64,000 nucleotides of DNA from NCBI GenBank assembly GCA_035627655.1, contig DASPLI010000001.1:398217-462216 (forward strand). Reading direction: 5' to 3'. Both the position numbers and the translations under genes were made by a program. The notes beneath the pieces were generated by a model, which did not search any database, was not told the DNA's origin, and saw only the letters and a program-made list of their open reading frames with translations. This DNA is from Minisyncoccota bacterium (GTDB lineage Bacteria; Patescibacteriota; Minisyncoccia; Phycocordibacterales; Phycocordibacteraceae). This document shows positions 34,634 to 45,161 of the stretch, piece after piece. Each line of letters starts with the position of its first letter. The first letter of the stretch is position 1.

Positions 34634-36331
34634 CTAGCGACTATTCGCCAGAAACGGCCATACCGCTTCCGTATGCCGATACCAGAACGCCGCAGTCAGG
34701 AACCGGTCGGACGGTTCTGAAACGGTACCCAGCACCACCCCCTGCACATCCTCTGGAAGCGAATAGAGGAAGGCCGGCGCATGGGTGAATGCGGCAGGGT
34801 AGTCAGCGGCAATGAGATCGTTGAGTTCTTGCAGGTCGTGCGCTCTTGTGGCCGGATCCGTATCGGTCCGGATTTTCTCAAGCAAGTCATCAACCGATCG
34901 ATTAGCATACAGTGCCACATTAAGGCCTGGGTCATTGCGCTGAGATGAATCCCAAAACGCGAAGAGATCCTGGTCTTTCCCAACTACCATACCAAACAGC
35001 AGTGCTTCGTAGTTGCGCGGACGAATCACGTTCACGATGAGGTCGTTCGGATCGTGCAGCTCGACGGTAGTTTCAATGCCGACCTGCTCGAAGTCGGAAC
35101 GTACCTGTTCGGCAATCGCGCGAAGCTCGGGCACGTTTGCCGTTGCAAGCGTTACCGAAAGCGTTGCTCCATCATTCGTCCAGGCGCGTGCCGCAGCATC
35201 ATAGTTCCAGTCATTACGCTCAAGGGTATCGGCCGCAAGCGTGGTCGGGTCTCCTTCCGGAGTGGTTGTTGCGGAGATAAGGCCGGGCGGCACCGGTCCA
35301 GTTGCAACCTGGCCATACCCGCCAAGCATCTGTGCGATCAGTGCCTCTCGATCAATGGCTTGGGAAAGCGCTTTACGTACTTCGATCTTCTGGAAATTCG
35401 GATTCTTCGACGCGTTGAAGAAGATACCGAAGACGCGTGAGTACGGTGCGGTGCGCGCCTCAGGTCCCGGAATACCCTGTGCGCTTTCAACGCGTCCGCG
35501 AAGCAGTGCTTCGCGCAGATCCTCTTCCGTATCGAAGTACACGAACGTCATGCGTGAGAGATACGGGTGTCCAAGCGCGTAGAAGCGGTTGGCAGCAAGC
35601 TCGTACCGCTCGATGATGCCATTCTTGTCGCGTATAACGCCCACAACCTTGAAGGGTCCTGCGCCCACCGGTTCCGTCATGTACGGCGAGAACGGAAATT
35701 CCTCGTTCGTAATATTTCTCCAGATGCGCGCCGGCAGGATGCCGAGCGTCGCGTCTTCAAGAAACGGCGCGTACGCTTTCGGAAGCGTGAATCGCACGGT
35801 GCGCGCATCAACCGCCTCAGCGCGGATATTCGCCCAGTCGGCGAGGCGCGGAGACAGGAGTCCCGGATCCTGTGCTTTCATAACCGTGAACACCACGTCG
35901 TCTGCCGTTACCGGCGTGCCGTCAGAGAAGCGGACCGTATCTCGAAGGCGGAAGGTATACACCTTGCCGTCCTCAGAGATTTCGTAGCTTTCCGCAAGCA
36001 CGGGAGCGAGAACGCCATCCTGGTCGTAGCCCATAAGACCGGCGTATGTGAGCGTGGCAAGATCGCGGTCTGCATCCGTAAGCGCAAGCAGCGGATTGAT
36101 AAATCGCGGATGCCCTTCAACACCTTCGGTCAGCTGTCCGCCCCGGCTTGGCACATCAACGAGAAACTGCCGCTCAAACGCATAAACGCCTGCAAGCGCG
36201 ATACCGGCAAGCACAAGCGCAAGCACGCCTGCGATTAGGCGGTCACCCGGAGACAATGACGCAACGCGCGACGAGAGCTTCGTGGGTAGTTTCGGAGTGC
36301 GAAAGGTAGGGAGGTCGGGAAGCCGCCTCAT
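34634..36331 (-). CDS. ABC transporter substrate-binding protein, family 5 (OppA/DppA/NikA-like), membrane-anchored, no adjacent permease genes
   Basis: 565 aa. N-terminal TM anchor, then an SBP_bac_5-like domain (LTYAGLMGYDQDGVLAPVLAESYEISEDGKVYTFRLRDTVRFSDGTPVTADDVVFT). Confidence 0.7.
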   Translation of the reverse strand: MRRLPDLPTFRTPKLPTKLSSRVASLSPGDRLIAGVLALVLAGIALAGVYAFERQFLVDVPSRGGQLTEGVEGHPRFINPLLALTDADRDLATLTYAGLMGYDQDGVLAPVLAESYEISEDGKVYTFRLRDTVRFSDGTPVTADDVVFTVMKAQDPGLLSPRLADWANIRAEAVDARTVRFTLPKAYAPFLEDATLGILPARIWRNITNEEFPFSPYMTEPVGAGPFKVVGVIRDKNGIIERYELAANRFYALGHPYLSRMTFVYFDTEEDLREALLRGRVESAQGIPGPEARTAPYSRVFGIFFNASKNPNFQKIEVRKALSQAIDREALIAQMLGGYGQVATGPVPPGLISATTTPEGDPTTLAADTLERNDWNYDAAARAWTNDGATLSVTLATANVPELRAIAEQVRSDFEQVGIETTVELHDPNDLIVNVIRPRNYEALLFGMVVGKDQDLFAFWDSSQRNDPGLNVALYANRSVDDLLEKIRTDTDPATRAHDLQELNDLIAADYPAAFTHAPAFLYSLPEDVQGVVLGTVSEPSDRFLTAAFWYRHTEAVWPFLANSR

Positions 36332-36342
36332 AAGAGTGGGTT

Positions 36343-36573
36343 CTAGATGAGGAACCCGGCAATAGCGGTAAGTACGAAGAGTACGGCGATCACTATGGTC
36401 GCCTGGAAAAGGAATTTTTCAGCGCCCCGGCGCTTGTAAAACGTCGAAGCGAAGTTGTCGCCTCCAAAAGCTCCTCCAAGGGATGCGCCGCGGTTTTGCA
36501 GCACAATACCTGCGATGAGGAGAAGGGAGAGGACGATCTCTGCGTACGGCAATATTGCCTTGAGTGTCTCCAT
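36343..36573 (-). CDS. secG: preprotein translocase subunit SecG
   Basis: Start at the ATG at 36573 (METLKAILPYAEIVLSLLLIAGIVLQNRGASLGGAFGG...). Two TM helices, 76 aa. The track ORF extends 18 codons upstream. Confidence 0.7.
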   Translation of the reverse strand: METLKAILPYAEIVLSLLLIAGIVLQNRGASLGGAFGGDNFASTFYKRRGAEKFLFQATIVIAVLFVLTAIAGFLI

Positions 36574-36626
36574 CTGTAGCCGGAAGCATAGCATACCGGG
36601 GTCAGGGGAGGCAATTACCCCACACA

Positions 36627-36654
36627 TTGACTTATATAAATAAGTATGTATACT
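36627..36654 (+). promoter_or_regulatory. sigma-70-like promoter TTGACT-16-TATACT upstream of paralog A
   Basis: Hexamers at 36627-36632 and 36649-36654. A 5-prime UTR hairpin ttcggaacg/cgttccgga follows. Confidence 0.45.
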
Positions 36655-36704
36655 ATTACGGGTTTCGGAACGACCGTTCCGGACGGAAACAGAGGGAAAA
36701 GAGA

Positions 36705-37001
36705 ATGGCCGAGTTGATACTCATCGGTGTCTTGGGCTTCGTCGGAGGACTCTCGTTCTTCGCGATGGTCGAGGCAATGGATGACATCTCGTTTGCAAAA
36801 GGAATCCTGCTCGCCGCGCTCATGCTATGCGCGGTCGGCGCCGCCGCTTCGCTGACGACACTCCATATCGTCAACGGCGGAGCAGTGCACACCTTCCTGC
36901 TCCCGATCCTCACTATGATCGCGGGCTTCATCCTCAACGCCACCGTGTTCACCAATATCGCGTTCTGGCTCAAGCATCGCGCCCCCTGGGCGCGCTACTA
37001 A
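36705..37001 (+). CDS. small membrane protein, paralog A of a tandem three-gene family (98 aa, three TM helices)
   Basis: ATG at 36705 (MAELILIGVLGFVGGLSFFAMVEA...). The track starts at 36564. Confidence 0.5.
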   Translation: MAELILIGVLGFVGGLSFFAMVEAMDDISFAKGILLAALMLCAVGAAASLTTLHIVNGGAVHTFLLPILTMIAGFILNATVFTNIAFWLKHRAPWARY

Positions 37002-37023
37002 GGCTTCTGACGCACAACCCGCA

Positions 37024-37054
37024 AAACGGGCGCCCCCAAGGCGCCCGTTTCTTT
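37024..37054 (+). terminator. intrinsic terminator after paralog A
   Basis: aaacgggcgcc-cccaag-gcgcccgttt followed by cttt. Confidence 0.6.
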
Positions 37055-37066
37055 ATCCCTACGCAC

Positions 37067-37095
37067 TTGACAGCATATTATAAATATGGTAGCAT
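37067..37095 (+). promoter_or_regulatory. promoter candidate (TTGACA-17-TAGCAT) with near-palindrome CATAT-N5-ATATG upstream of paralog B
   Basis: TTGACA at 37067-37072. Palindrome at 37074-37088. AT-rich run catatata. Confidence 0.35.
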
Positions 37096-37147
37096 ATATA
37101 CAGCCTGCCCCAGGATAAAGGGGGTGTTCCAACCAGAGGAGGGTCTC

Positions 37148-37465
37148 ATGACTCTTGCTGAAATTGTTGCTTCTTGGCCAATCCTGACGGCGTTCGCCAT
37201 CTCCGGCGGCGCCCTGCTTGTGACCGGCATTCGCCTGCTGACGCATCCGCCCGATGTCATCTGGGCCCACCTTGGGTGGTTCCTGATCGGTGTCGTGGCG
37301 GCGGTCGTCGGCGGCGTGCAGATGGACACGTTCTATCAATCGTTCGGCCTGTTCGCGATCGGCCTCTCGGTCGCCGCGTTCATGGCTGGCATGATCGTGA
37401 TGGTCGTGTTCGGTCTCATCTGGGACGTCGCCGCGGAATTTGTCGCGGACCGTCTGCCAGGCTAG
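37148..37465 (+). CDS. small membrane protein, paralog B (105 aa, three TM helices)
   Basis: GAGGAGGG with a 5-nt spacer before the ATG (MTLAEIVASWPILTAFAISGGALLVTG...). Confidence 0.5.
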   Translation: MTLAEIVASWPILTAFAISGGALLVTGIRLLTHPPDVIWAHLGWFLIGVVAAVVGGVQMDTFYQSFGLFAIGLSVAAFMAGMIVMVVFGLIWDVAAEFVADRLPG

Positions 37466-37496
37466 TCGGCTAAAACGGCAACGTATGGAATAACAA

Positions 37497-37530
37497 GGCG
37501 CCCCAGACTACCGGGGCGCCTTTTCGTATT
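37497..37530 (+). terminator. intrinsic terminator after paralog B; the same 24-nt hairpin recurs inverted at 41303-41326
   Basis: ggcgccccag-actac-cggggcgcc followed by ttttcgtattt. Confidence 0.65.
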
Positions 37531-37560
37531 TGACATATATACGATACTGTGGTATCGTAT
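37530..37560 (+). promoter_or_regulatory. promoter candidate TTGACA-17-TATCGT overlapping the perfect palindrome ATACGATAC-TGTG-GTATCGTAT, upstream of paralog C
   Basis: TTGACA at 37530-37535. 9-4-9 inverted repeat at 37539-37560. Confidence 0.4.
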
Positions 37561-37608
37561 TACCGACGTCCCAAGCTATGGGGACCTGTCCTTCAGAAGG
37601 GGAAATAC

Positions 37609-37920
37609 ATGACTCCTGAAAGTATGCAGGTGTTTGCTGTCGTAGGCGGTGCTGTCGCGACCATCCATGGGTGGTTTGCTCTGACGACGTTTTTCCCTTC
37701 AACGGGGAAATCGGCGCCGGGGCTCGCGGGAATGTTCACCATCGCGGGCATCTTCGTGATGCTCGCGGCACTCAATACGACGAAAGAGCTTTCGGACGCG
37801 CCCATGTACATGATTATGGGCGCGCTCATCGGCTCGGCGATCTTCGTCGCGATCTATGCGGCTGTGCACAGCGCATCGCCATATTCGCGTCGCGAACGTC
37901 GCCCGCGCAAGCGTAACTAA
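37609..37920 (+). CDS. small membrane protein, paralog C (103 aa, three TM helices, basic C-terminal tail)
   Basis: ATG at 37609 (MTPESMQVFAVVGGAVATIHGWFALTT...). The track starts at 37549. Confidence 0.5.
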   Translation: MTPESMQVFAVVGGAVATIHGWFALTTFFPSTGKSAPGLAGMFTIAGIFVMLAALNTTKELSDAPMYMIMGALIGSAIFVAIYAAVHSASPYSRRERRPRKRN

Positions 37921-38047
37921 CTGCAGAAGGAGAGAAGCGGCTGTCCGAACCCCGGGCGGCCGCTTTTTGCTTTCCGCTACATTTGATACACTCCATCCGC
38001 TACCGGCGGGCAGCCGGATTATTTAGAAATTTTACGTCTCGATATCT

Positions 38048-39989
<1,942 letters not shown>

Positions 39990-40003
39990 CCTATAAACGA
40001 GTG

Positions 40004-40050
40004 AAGGGCCGGGATCCTGTGTAGGATTCCCGGCCCTTTGCCGTTTTATT
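40004..40050. terminator. bidirectional intrinsic terminator after groEL
   Basis: aagggccgggatcc-tgtgt-aggattcccggccctt followed by tgccgttttatt. Confidence 0.8.
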
Positions 40051-40654
40051 GCTGCGGCCCTTCCACTTCGCCCGTCTGGAGACTGGCGACCTGGACGGTC
40101 GGAGCTGTTGCCACTTGTTCAGGCGACTGCGCCGGTTGCGGCGGCTGGACGAAGGTTGCATTGCCGACGCGAGCCATCGCTTGCGCCCGCATGTACGCTT
40201 CCTCGATGCCCGGGATGTTCATCCGCGCGTACTCGACAGCCGTCTGTCGCATGATCGGGTCGTTTTGAAACGCGCCGGCGATCACGCGAATGATCTCAAG
40301 ATCTTGGCAGAGCTTGTCGATCCGTCCGCCGCCATAGCTGGCGCCGACGTAGATCATACTGAAGCCGCCGCCGCGTGTGACCACGCACTGTGCCGTTGGT
40401 TGCGGGACTTCTCCCGATACCATCGGCGCCGAGTGAATCGTCAGCGTGTCCGGAGACTCTGGAGCCTCGAAGGTTGTGATGACGTCCCCCGTTGCAGCGA
40501 ATGCGCCTGATTCAGAGTCGGCCGCAGCATCTGCGTCCGCTTCGGCTTCAGCCGCGGTATCGCCGCCGATCACGAGTTGCGCGTGAGCGTCGGGAGTGAA
40601 CATAAGCGCGCCGAGCATCAAGGATGCCGACACGAAGAATGCAGTTCGTTTCAT
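40046..40654 (-). CDS. secreted hypothetical protein (signal peptide, Ala/Asp-rich region; GC-elevated islet)
   Basis: Signal peptide MKRTAFFVSASLMLGALMFTPDAHA. Confidence 0.45.
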   Translation of the reverse strand: MKRTAFFVSASLMLGALMFTPDAHAQLVIGGDTAAEAEADADAAADSESGAFAATGDVITTFEAPESPDTLTIHSAPMVSGEVPQPTAQCVVTRGGGFSMIYVGASYGGGRIDKLCQDLEIIRVIAGAFQNDPIMRQTAVEYARMNIPGIEEAYMRAQAMARVGNATFVQPPQPAQSPEQVATAPTVQVASLQTGEVEGPQQ

Positions 40655-40734
40655 TTCCGTACCTCATAGATGTTGTGGAAGCGAAATGGGCCGCGGCGTT
40701 GCCGCCGCGGCCCTCGTCGACGTAGTCCGAAGTT

Positions 40735-41106
40735 TTAGCGGCGGCGAGTGCGCGAGCGCGCTCGCTGGTTGCCGGTATATTCGGAGCCGCCTTCGACGCC
40801 GGCGTCAGCATTGCCATACGCGCCGGAGACGTTCACGCCGCTCGCCGAACCGTAGCCGTACGTATTGACGATGGCGTTGTTGCGGTTGACATAGGCGTTG
40901 GCGCCGTTTTGGACGTCGGACGATTGATACCCGTAGGAGCCGGCGATGCTGCCCGAGCCCGGGCCTGCGGCCGATCCTTGGGTCTGTCCACCAGATACGC
41001 TGGAGTTGGCGCCGGCTTGTCCCGTCCATTGCGATTGCGCTGAAGCAGGAGTGGCCAGAGCGGCCACGGCGAGAGCCGCGCAAGCGGCGAACAACATACG
41101 TTTCAT
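40735..41106 (-). CDS. secreted Gly/Ser/Asn/Tyr-rich low-complexity protein
   Basis: Start at the ATG at 41106 (MKRMLFAACAALAVAALATPASA signal peptide). Mature part rich in G, S, N, Y, Q. Basic C-terminal tail RARSRTRRR. Confidence 0.45.
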   Translation of the reverse strand: MKRMLFAACAALAVAALATPASAQSQWTGQAGANSSVSGGQTQGSAAGPGSGSIAGSYGYQSSDVQNGANAYVNRNNAIVNTYGYGSASGVNVSGAYGNADAGVEGGSEYTGNQRARSRTRRR

Positions 41107-41302
41107 GTGGTTTGTCCTTTGTGACAACGTGACCATTCCCCCTGGTCACTATGGGGATTCGCAGATCCACCCCGAGGAATTTCGAGATAGGCCTGCCAAT
41201 AGGGTTAAAAAGAGCAACACCAGGACGCAAAAAAAGCGCCGTGGCGCGTTGATTCAACCTAACCCGGGTATGGAAAAGTGTCAATAGCGGGGAAACGCAA
41301 AC

Positions 41303-41326
41303 GGCGCCCCGGTAGTCTGGGGCGCC
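41303..41326 (-). terminator. hairpin ggcgccccggtagtctggggcgcc, exact reverse complement of the 37497-37520 hairpin; terminator for the 41345-41626 gene
   Basis: Identical 24-nt inverted-repeat element found at two loci. Confidence 0.5.
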
Positions 41327-41344
41327 GAAAGAATGTCGTGTTGA

Positions 41345-41626
41345 TTAGAAGTCCTTGAACGCTGGCTCGTCCGCGGCGCCGGAGCGATTGGCGGCGTAGT
41401 CGAGGCTGATCTGGCGATCGGCGTTCCGGAGGATCTGGTTGGCGATGACGGCTGCGATGAACGGCACGACAAGGCCAGCGATGATGATCCACCAGGAGAC
41501 GCCGATGACGTTGAACGCAGCGAGACCTGCGACAACGGCCGCGACCAGGAAGACGTCGACCGCGTGATTGCTCACGAACGACGAGACGGGGCAACGAACA
41601 CGGGCTTCTTCAAACATCACACTCAT
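41345..41626 (-). CDS. small membrane protein (two TM helices)
   Basis: 93 aa. TM helices VDVFLVAAVVAGLAAFNVIGVSWWIIIAGLVVPFIAAVIA. Confidence 0.4.
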   Translation of the reverse strand: MSVMFEEARVRCPVSSFVSNHAVDVFLVAAVVAGLAAFNVIGVSWWIIIAGLVVPFIAAVIANQILRNADRQISLDYAANRSGAADEPAFKDF

Positions 41627-41757
41627 GGAATGAACTCCAGTTGCGGTTGTGGCCTTTCGGCCGGACCGATACTACTGTACCATAAAGTATATAAAAAGTC
41701 AATAGTCTGGCCTGATATGCAAAAGGCGACGTACCGCGAGGGTACGCCGCCCGTTGT

Positions 41758-42021
41758 TTAGTAGCGCAGCTGCCGTCTGGCTGGTCGTCGTCCGAAGACA
41801 AACCACCAGAACCACACGAGCGGCGTGGCAATGACTGAAGCGATCGGTCCGAGAATGCCAAGCACCATCGTGCCAGCTTGCACAAAGAGTTCGGCGATAG
41901 CGATTGCCATCACCGCCACAATCTCCATGTAGATGATGAACAGCGCAGCGCCGAGGATGGCGCCGATGATCACCAGGATCGGGAGCAGAGTCGATAGGCT
42001 GGTCAGGTCGTAATGGGACAC
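41758..42021 (-). CDS. small membrane protein (two TM helices)
   Basis: GTG start with AAAGGAGGG 10 nt upstream. A hairpin terminator lies downstream on the minus strand at about 41720-41750. Confidence 0.4.
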   Translation of the reverse strand: MSHYDLTSLSTLLPILVIIGAILGAALFIIYMEIVAVMAIAIAELFVQAGTMVLGILGPIASVIATPLVWFWWFVFGRRPARRQLRY

Positions 42022-42084
42022 CTAAAAAGGCCCTCCTTTCTGCGCCGCACTTTATGACAGATTCCTAAAACCGCAAGTGGGCGT

Positions 42085-42663
42085 ATGCTATACTGCATTC
42101 CTATGATGACTCTATACATTGTCCTTGCGATTGTCGTTGTTATTGTGCTCTGGCTCGTCTTTACCTATAACGGATTCGTCTCGCTCGTAAACCGCGCGAA
42201 GGAGGCGTGGAGCGATATCGAGGTGCAACTCAAGCGTCGCTACGATCTCATCCCGAATCTCGTAGAAACTGTCAAAGGCTATGCTGCGCACGAGCGACAG
42301 GCGTTTGAAAGCGTGACGGAAGCTCGTTCCGCAGCGATGGGTGCATCTTCGGTTGCCGATCATGCAAAGGCAGAGAACATGCTCACCGGCGCATTGAAGT
42401 CACTCTTTGCAGTTGCTGAGGCGTATCCGGACCTCAAGGCAAACGCAAACTTCCTTGAGCTCCAGCGCGAACTCTCTGATACGGAAAATAAGATTCAGGC
42501 GTCTCGCCGCTTCTACAACCAGAACGTTATGTCGCTCAACACCGGTCTTGAGCAATTTCCTGGAAACATCATCGGCGGCATGTTTGGCTTCCAGAAGCGC
42601 GAGTTCTTCGAGCTTGCGGAAGGAGAGGAGGCAGCGCGCCAGCCGGTAAAGGTGGCGTTCTAG
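42085..42663 (+). CDS. LemA family protein (copy 2; ordinary GC for this window)
   Basis: N-terminal TM helix, then RRYDLIPNLVETVKGYAAHE, EAYPDLKANANFLELQRELSDTENKIQASRRFYNQNV. The start may instead be 42103. Confidence 0.75.
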   Translation: MLYCIPMMTLYIVLAIVVVIVLWLVFTYNGFVSLVNRAKEAWSDIEVQLKRRYDLIPNLVETVKGYAAHERQAFESVTEARSAAMGASSVADHAKAENMLTGALKSLFAVAEAYPDLKANANFLELQRELSDTENKIQASRRFYNQNVMSLNTGLEQFPGNIIGGMFGFQKREFFELAEGEEAARQPVKVAF

Positions 42664-42747
42664 TGATGAGCGTGGGGCGGAATGCTCCACTGACCTACGA
42701 CTTCGAAACGTATGCCAAACCTGTATCAAGAACGTTCTAGCAACCTG

Positions 42748-43599
42748 ATGCGTACCTGGATCTTGATGATCGGGTTTTTCCTCGTGGTCATTGCGCTTGG
42801 ATTCTTGATCGCGCAGTACTACGGCGATCCATCCATTCTCTACATTGCCGTTGCGATCGCGATCGCAATGAATGTTGGCAGCTACTGGTTCTCCGATAAG
42901 CTGGTGCTCTCCATGACCGGCGCCAAGCCAGCAAGCAGGGAAGAGTTCTTCGACCTCTATACCGTCACCGAGAACTTGGCGATTACCGCCGGTCTTCCGA
43001 TGCCCAAGCTCTACGTTATCAATGATCCAGCGCCAAACGCGTTTGCAACCGGGCGCGACGAGAAACACGCCGTGGTTGCAGCAACGACCGGACTTCTCTC
43101 TGTGCTTGATCGAACCGAACTTGAAGGCGTGATTGCGCATGAGCTTTCGCACATCAAGAATCGCGACATGCTCGTGATGACGGTTGCCGTCGTGCTTGCA
43201 GGATTCGTCGCGATCATCGCTGATATTTTCCTTCGCATGTCCATGGTTGGCGGAAACCGCGACAATGATCGCGGCGGGGCGCTTCTAGCAGTGCTCGCTA
43301 TTGTCGGCGTTATCCTGGCGCCGATTGCCGCACAGCTTATCCAGCTCGCTATCTCGCGCCGTCGCGAGTATCTTGCGGATGCTTCTGGCGCGCTTCTGAC
43401 GCGTTATCCTGAAGGGCTTGCGTCTGCTCTTCGAAAGATCTCGAGCTACGGCGCGCCCATGAAGCGGGCCAATACCGCAACCGCACACCTCTTTATCAGC
43501 AATCCGTTTGGTCCGCGCATGAAGGGCATCACAAATCTCTTTGCGACCCATCCGCCAGTGGAGGATCGCATTCGCCGCCTGACTGGGAGTTCGGAGTAG
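42748..43599 (+). CDS. htpX: protease HtpX (M48 family zinc metalloprotease)
   Basis: HELSHIKNRD (HExxH), four TM helices. Start at the ATG at 42748 (MRTWILMIGFFLVV). The track starts 12 codons earlier. Confidence 0.8.
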   Translation: MRTWILMIGFFLVVIALGFLIAQYYGDPSILYIAVAIAIAMNVGSYWFSDKLVLSMTGAKPASREEFFDLYTVTENLAITAGLPMPKLYVINDPAPNAFATGRDEKHAVVAATTGLLSVLDRTELEGVIAHELSHIKNRDMLVMTVAVVLAGFVAIIADIFLRMSMVGGNRDNDRGGALLAVLAIVGVILAPIAAQLIQLAISRRREYLADASGALLTRYPEGLASALRKISSYGAPMKRANTATAHLFISNPFGPRMKGITNLFATHPPVEDRIRRLTGSSE

Positions 43600-43624
43600 T
43601 TCTGTGCTATAACAGTCGGGTTAC

Positions 43625-43714
43625 GGAGGCGTCGCATAGTGGTCTAGTGCACCGCCTTGGAAAGGCGGCAGGCTCGAAAGGGTCTCGAGAGTTCGAATCT
43701 CTCCGCCTCCGCCA
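43625..43714 (+). tRNA. tRNA-Ser (anticodon GGA), long variable arm, CCA encoded
   Basis: Acceptor ggaggcg/cgcctcc. Anticodon stem ccgcc/ggcgg with loop ttGGAaa. T-arm gagag-ttcgaat-ctctc. Discriminator G followed by CCA. Confidence 0.8.
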
Positions 43715-44367
43715 TGAGTAAAGCTGCTGAAAAGATCATGTACTTCGTTCGGCACGGGCAAAGCGAAGGCAACGTCTCTCCCGTGTTTCAGTCGACTGAT
43801 TCGCCGCTCAACGAGTCGGGACTTGCGCAGGCGGAGAAAGTTGCTGACCGCATCTCAAAGCTTTCGTTTGATACCTTGATCGCCAGTCCGCTCACACGAG
43901 CGAAAGAAACCGCTACCGCGATCGCAAACAAAACTGGCAAAGAGCCCGAGTATTCGGACCTGTTTGTTGAGCGCGTAAAGCCGACACAGATCATCGGGAA
44001 GTCGTACGAGGACGAATCAGCAAACGCCCTCTGGGAAACGTGGGAGAAGAGTCTTCATACGCCTGGTCTTCGCGCTGAAGATGGAGAAAACTTCGACGAT
44101 CTGGTTGCGCGAGCAGACAAAGCGCTTGCCTTTCTTGCAGCGCGCGATGAAGCATCGTTGGTCGTGGTGACGCACGGATATTTCTTGCGCACGATCGTCG
44201 CGCGCGTCCTGCTTGGCTCCACGCTTACGGGCGGAGCATTTCAGAACTTCCAGGCGCGCATTGCTATGGAAAATACGGGTATAACGGTTCTTAAATACAC
44301 TGACGGATGGGACGGCATGGCGTGGCGCTTGTGGATCTATAACGATCACGCGCATCTCGGCGACTAA
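43714..44367 (+). CDS. histidine phosphatase family protein (phosphoglycerate mutase-like)
   Basis: RHGQSEGN catalytic motif near the N-terminus. This ATG shares its A with the tRNA's terminal CCA. The start may instead be 43738 (MYFVRHG). Confidence 0.6.
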   Translation: MSKAAEKIMYFVRHGQSEGNVSPVFQSTDSPLNESGLAQAEKVADRISKLSFDTLIASPLTRAKETATAIANKTGKEPEYSDLFVERVKPTQIIGKSYEDESANALWETWEKSLHTPGLRAEDGENFDDLVARADKALAFLAARDEASLVVVTHGYFLRTIVARVLLGSTLTGGAFQNFQARIAMENTGITVLKYTDGWDGMAWRLWIYNDHAHLGD

Positions 44368-44375
44368 TAACAAGA

Positions 44376-44406
44376 GGCCCAGAAACGCATGTGCGTTTCT
44401 GGGCCC
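44376..44406. terminator. bidirectional intrinsic terminator
   Basis: ggcccagaaacgc-atgt-gcgtttctgggcc sits between the convergent histidine-phosphatase and HD-domain genes. Confidence 0.7.
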
Positions 44407-44413
44407 TGGTTCG

Positions 44414-45079
44414 TCAGGCAGCTGCCGCAGGGGGTTCAAGAATGTCGAGCAGCGCTTTCGCTTCCGCAATTTTGGCGTCGATCGCCGATTGCGGGTAGCG
44501 CTTGTGCGCCCACTCGGTCAGGAACGACAGGTTCTGCATGAACACTACCTCCTTCTTGAGCATTTCAAGCGGCGTGACGTTGAGCTCGGCCGAGAGGCCG
44601 AATACCACGTCTTGAAGCCAAACGTAGGAAAGTGCTTGGGAGAGGTCGGCATCCCGCAAAATCTTTGCGGAAAGATCCAACTGCTCGCCGGGCACTTGAT
44701 GTGGATATTCGGTCGTACGAACGAGCCGTGCGATTTCGCCAAAGTCATCTCCGTCTTCAAGGTGTTGCGCAAGTGCGCGGATTGCAATGCTGATGTTGAA
44801 TTCGTCGTTGCCGGGGCGTCCGGCGTGGTCGAAGTCATGGAACAGCGCAGCAATCAGAAGATGACGGATCTGCCGTGGAGAGAGTTCGCCCGCGTGATAC
44901 GCGCATGCGTCGTAGCACTGCACCATCACATGGCACATGTGACGGAAGTTGTGGTACGGGTGCCGCACGTTCGGCGCGGTGAAGGCGAGCCGGAAGTAGT
45001 GTTCCAGGTCGCCCTCATAGAGACCTTCGTGGTTGCGGACAATAAGTGGAAGCCGTCCGCACACCGGTTTGTCAGTCAT
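44414..45079 (-). CDS. HD-domain phosphohydrolase family protein
   Basis: 221 aa. His/Asp metal ligands: HNFRH...FHDFDHAG...D. Confidence 0.6.
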   Translation of the reverse strand: MTDKPVCGRLPLIVRNHEGLYEGDLEHYFRLAFTAPNVRHPYHNFRHMCHVMVQCYDACAYHAGELSPRQIRHLLIAALFHDFDHAGRPGNDEFNISIAIRALAQHLEDGDDFGEIARLVRTTEYPHQVPGEQLDLSAKILRDADLSQALSYVWLQDVVFGLSAELNVTPLEMLKKEVVFMQNLSFLTEWAHKRYPQSAIDAKIAEAKALLDILEPPAAAA

Positions 45080-45161
45080 TATGGTGCCTTTCTGTGAAGT
45101 GCTCCCAGATACATAGTTACATACATAGATAGAATGTCAATAAATGTTAGGCTAGGGATAT

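Noticed and set aside
35567-36238. + strand 223-aa ORF
   Set aside because: Antisense to the family-5 substrate-binding protein gene.
37921-38047. Searched for a CIRCE (HrcA) element upstream of groES
   Set aside because: No TTAGCACTC-N9-GAGTGCTAA-like inverted repeat is present. I found only a terminator hairpin and a plain leader.
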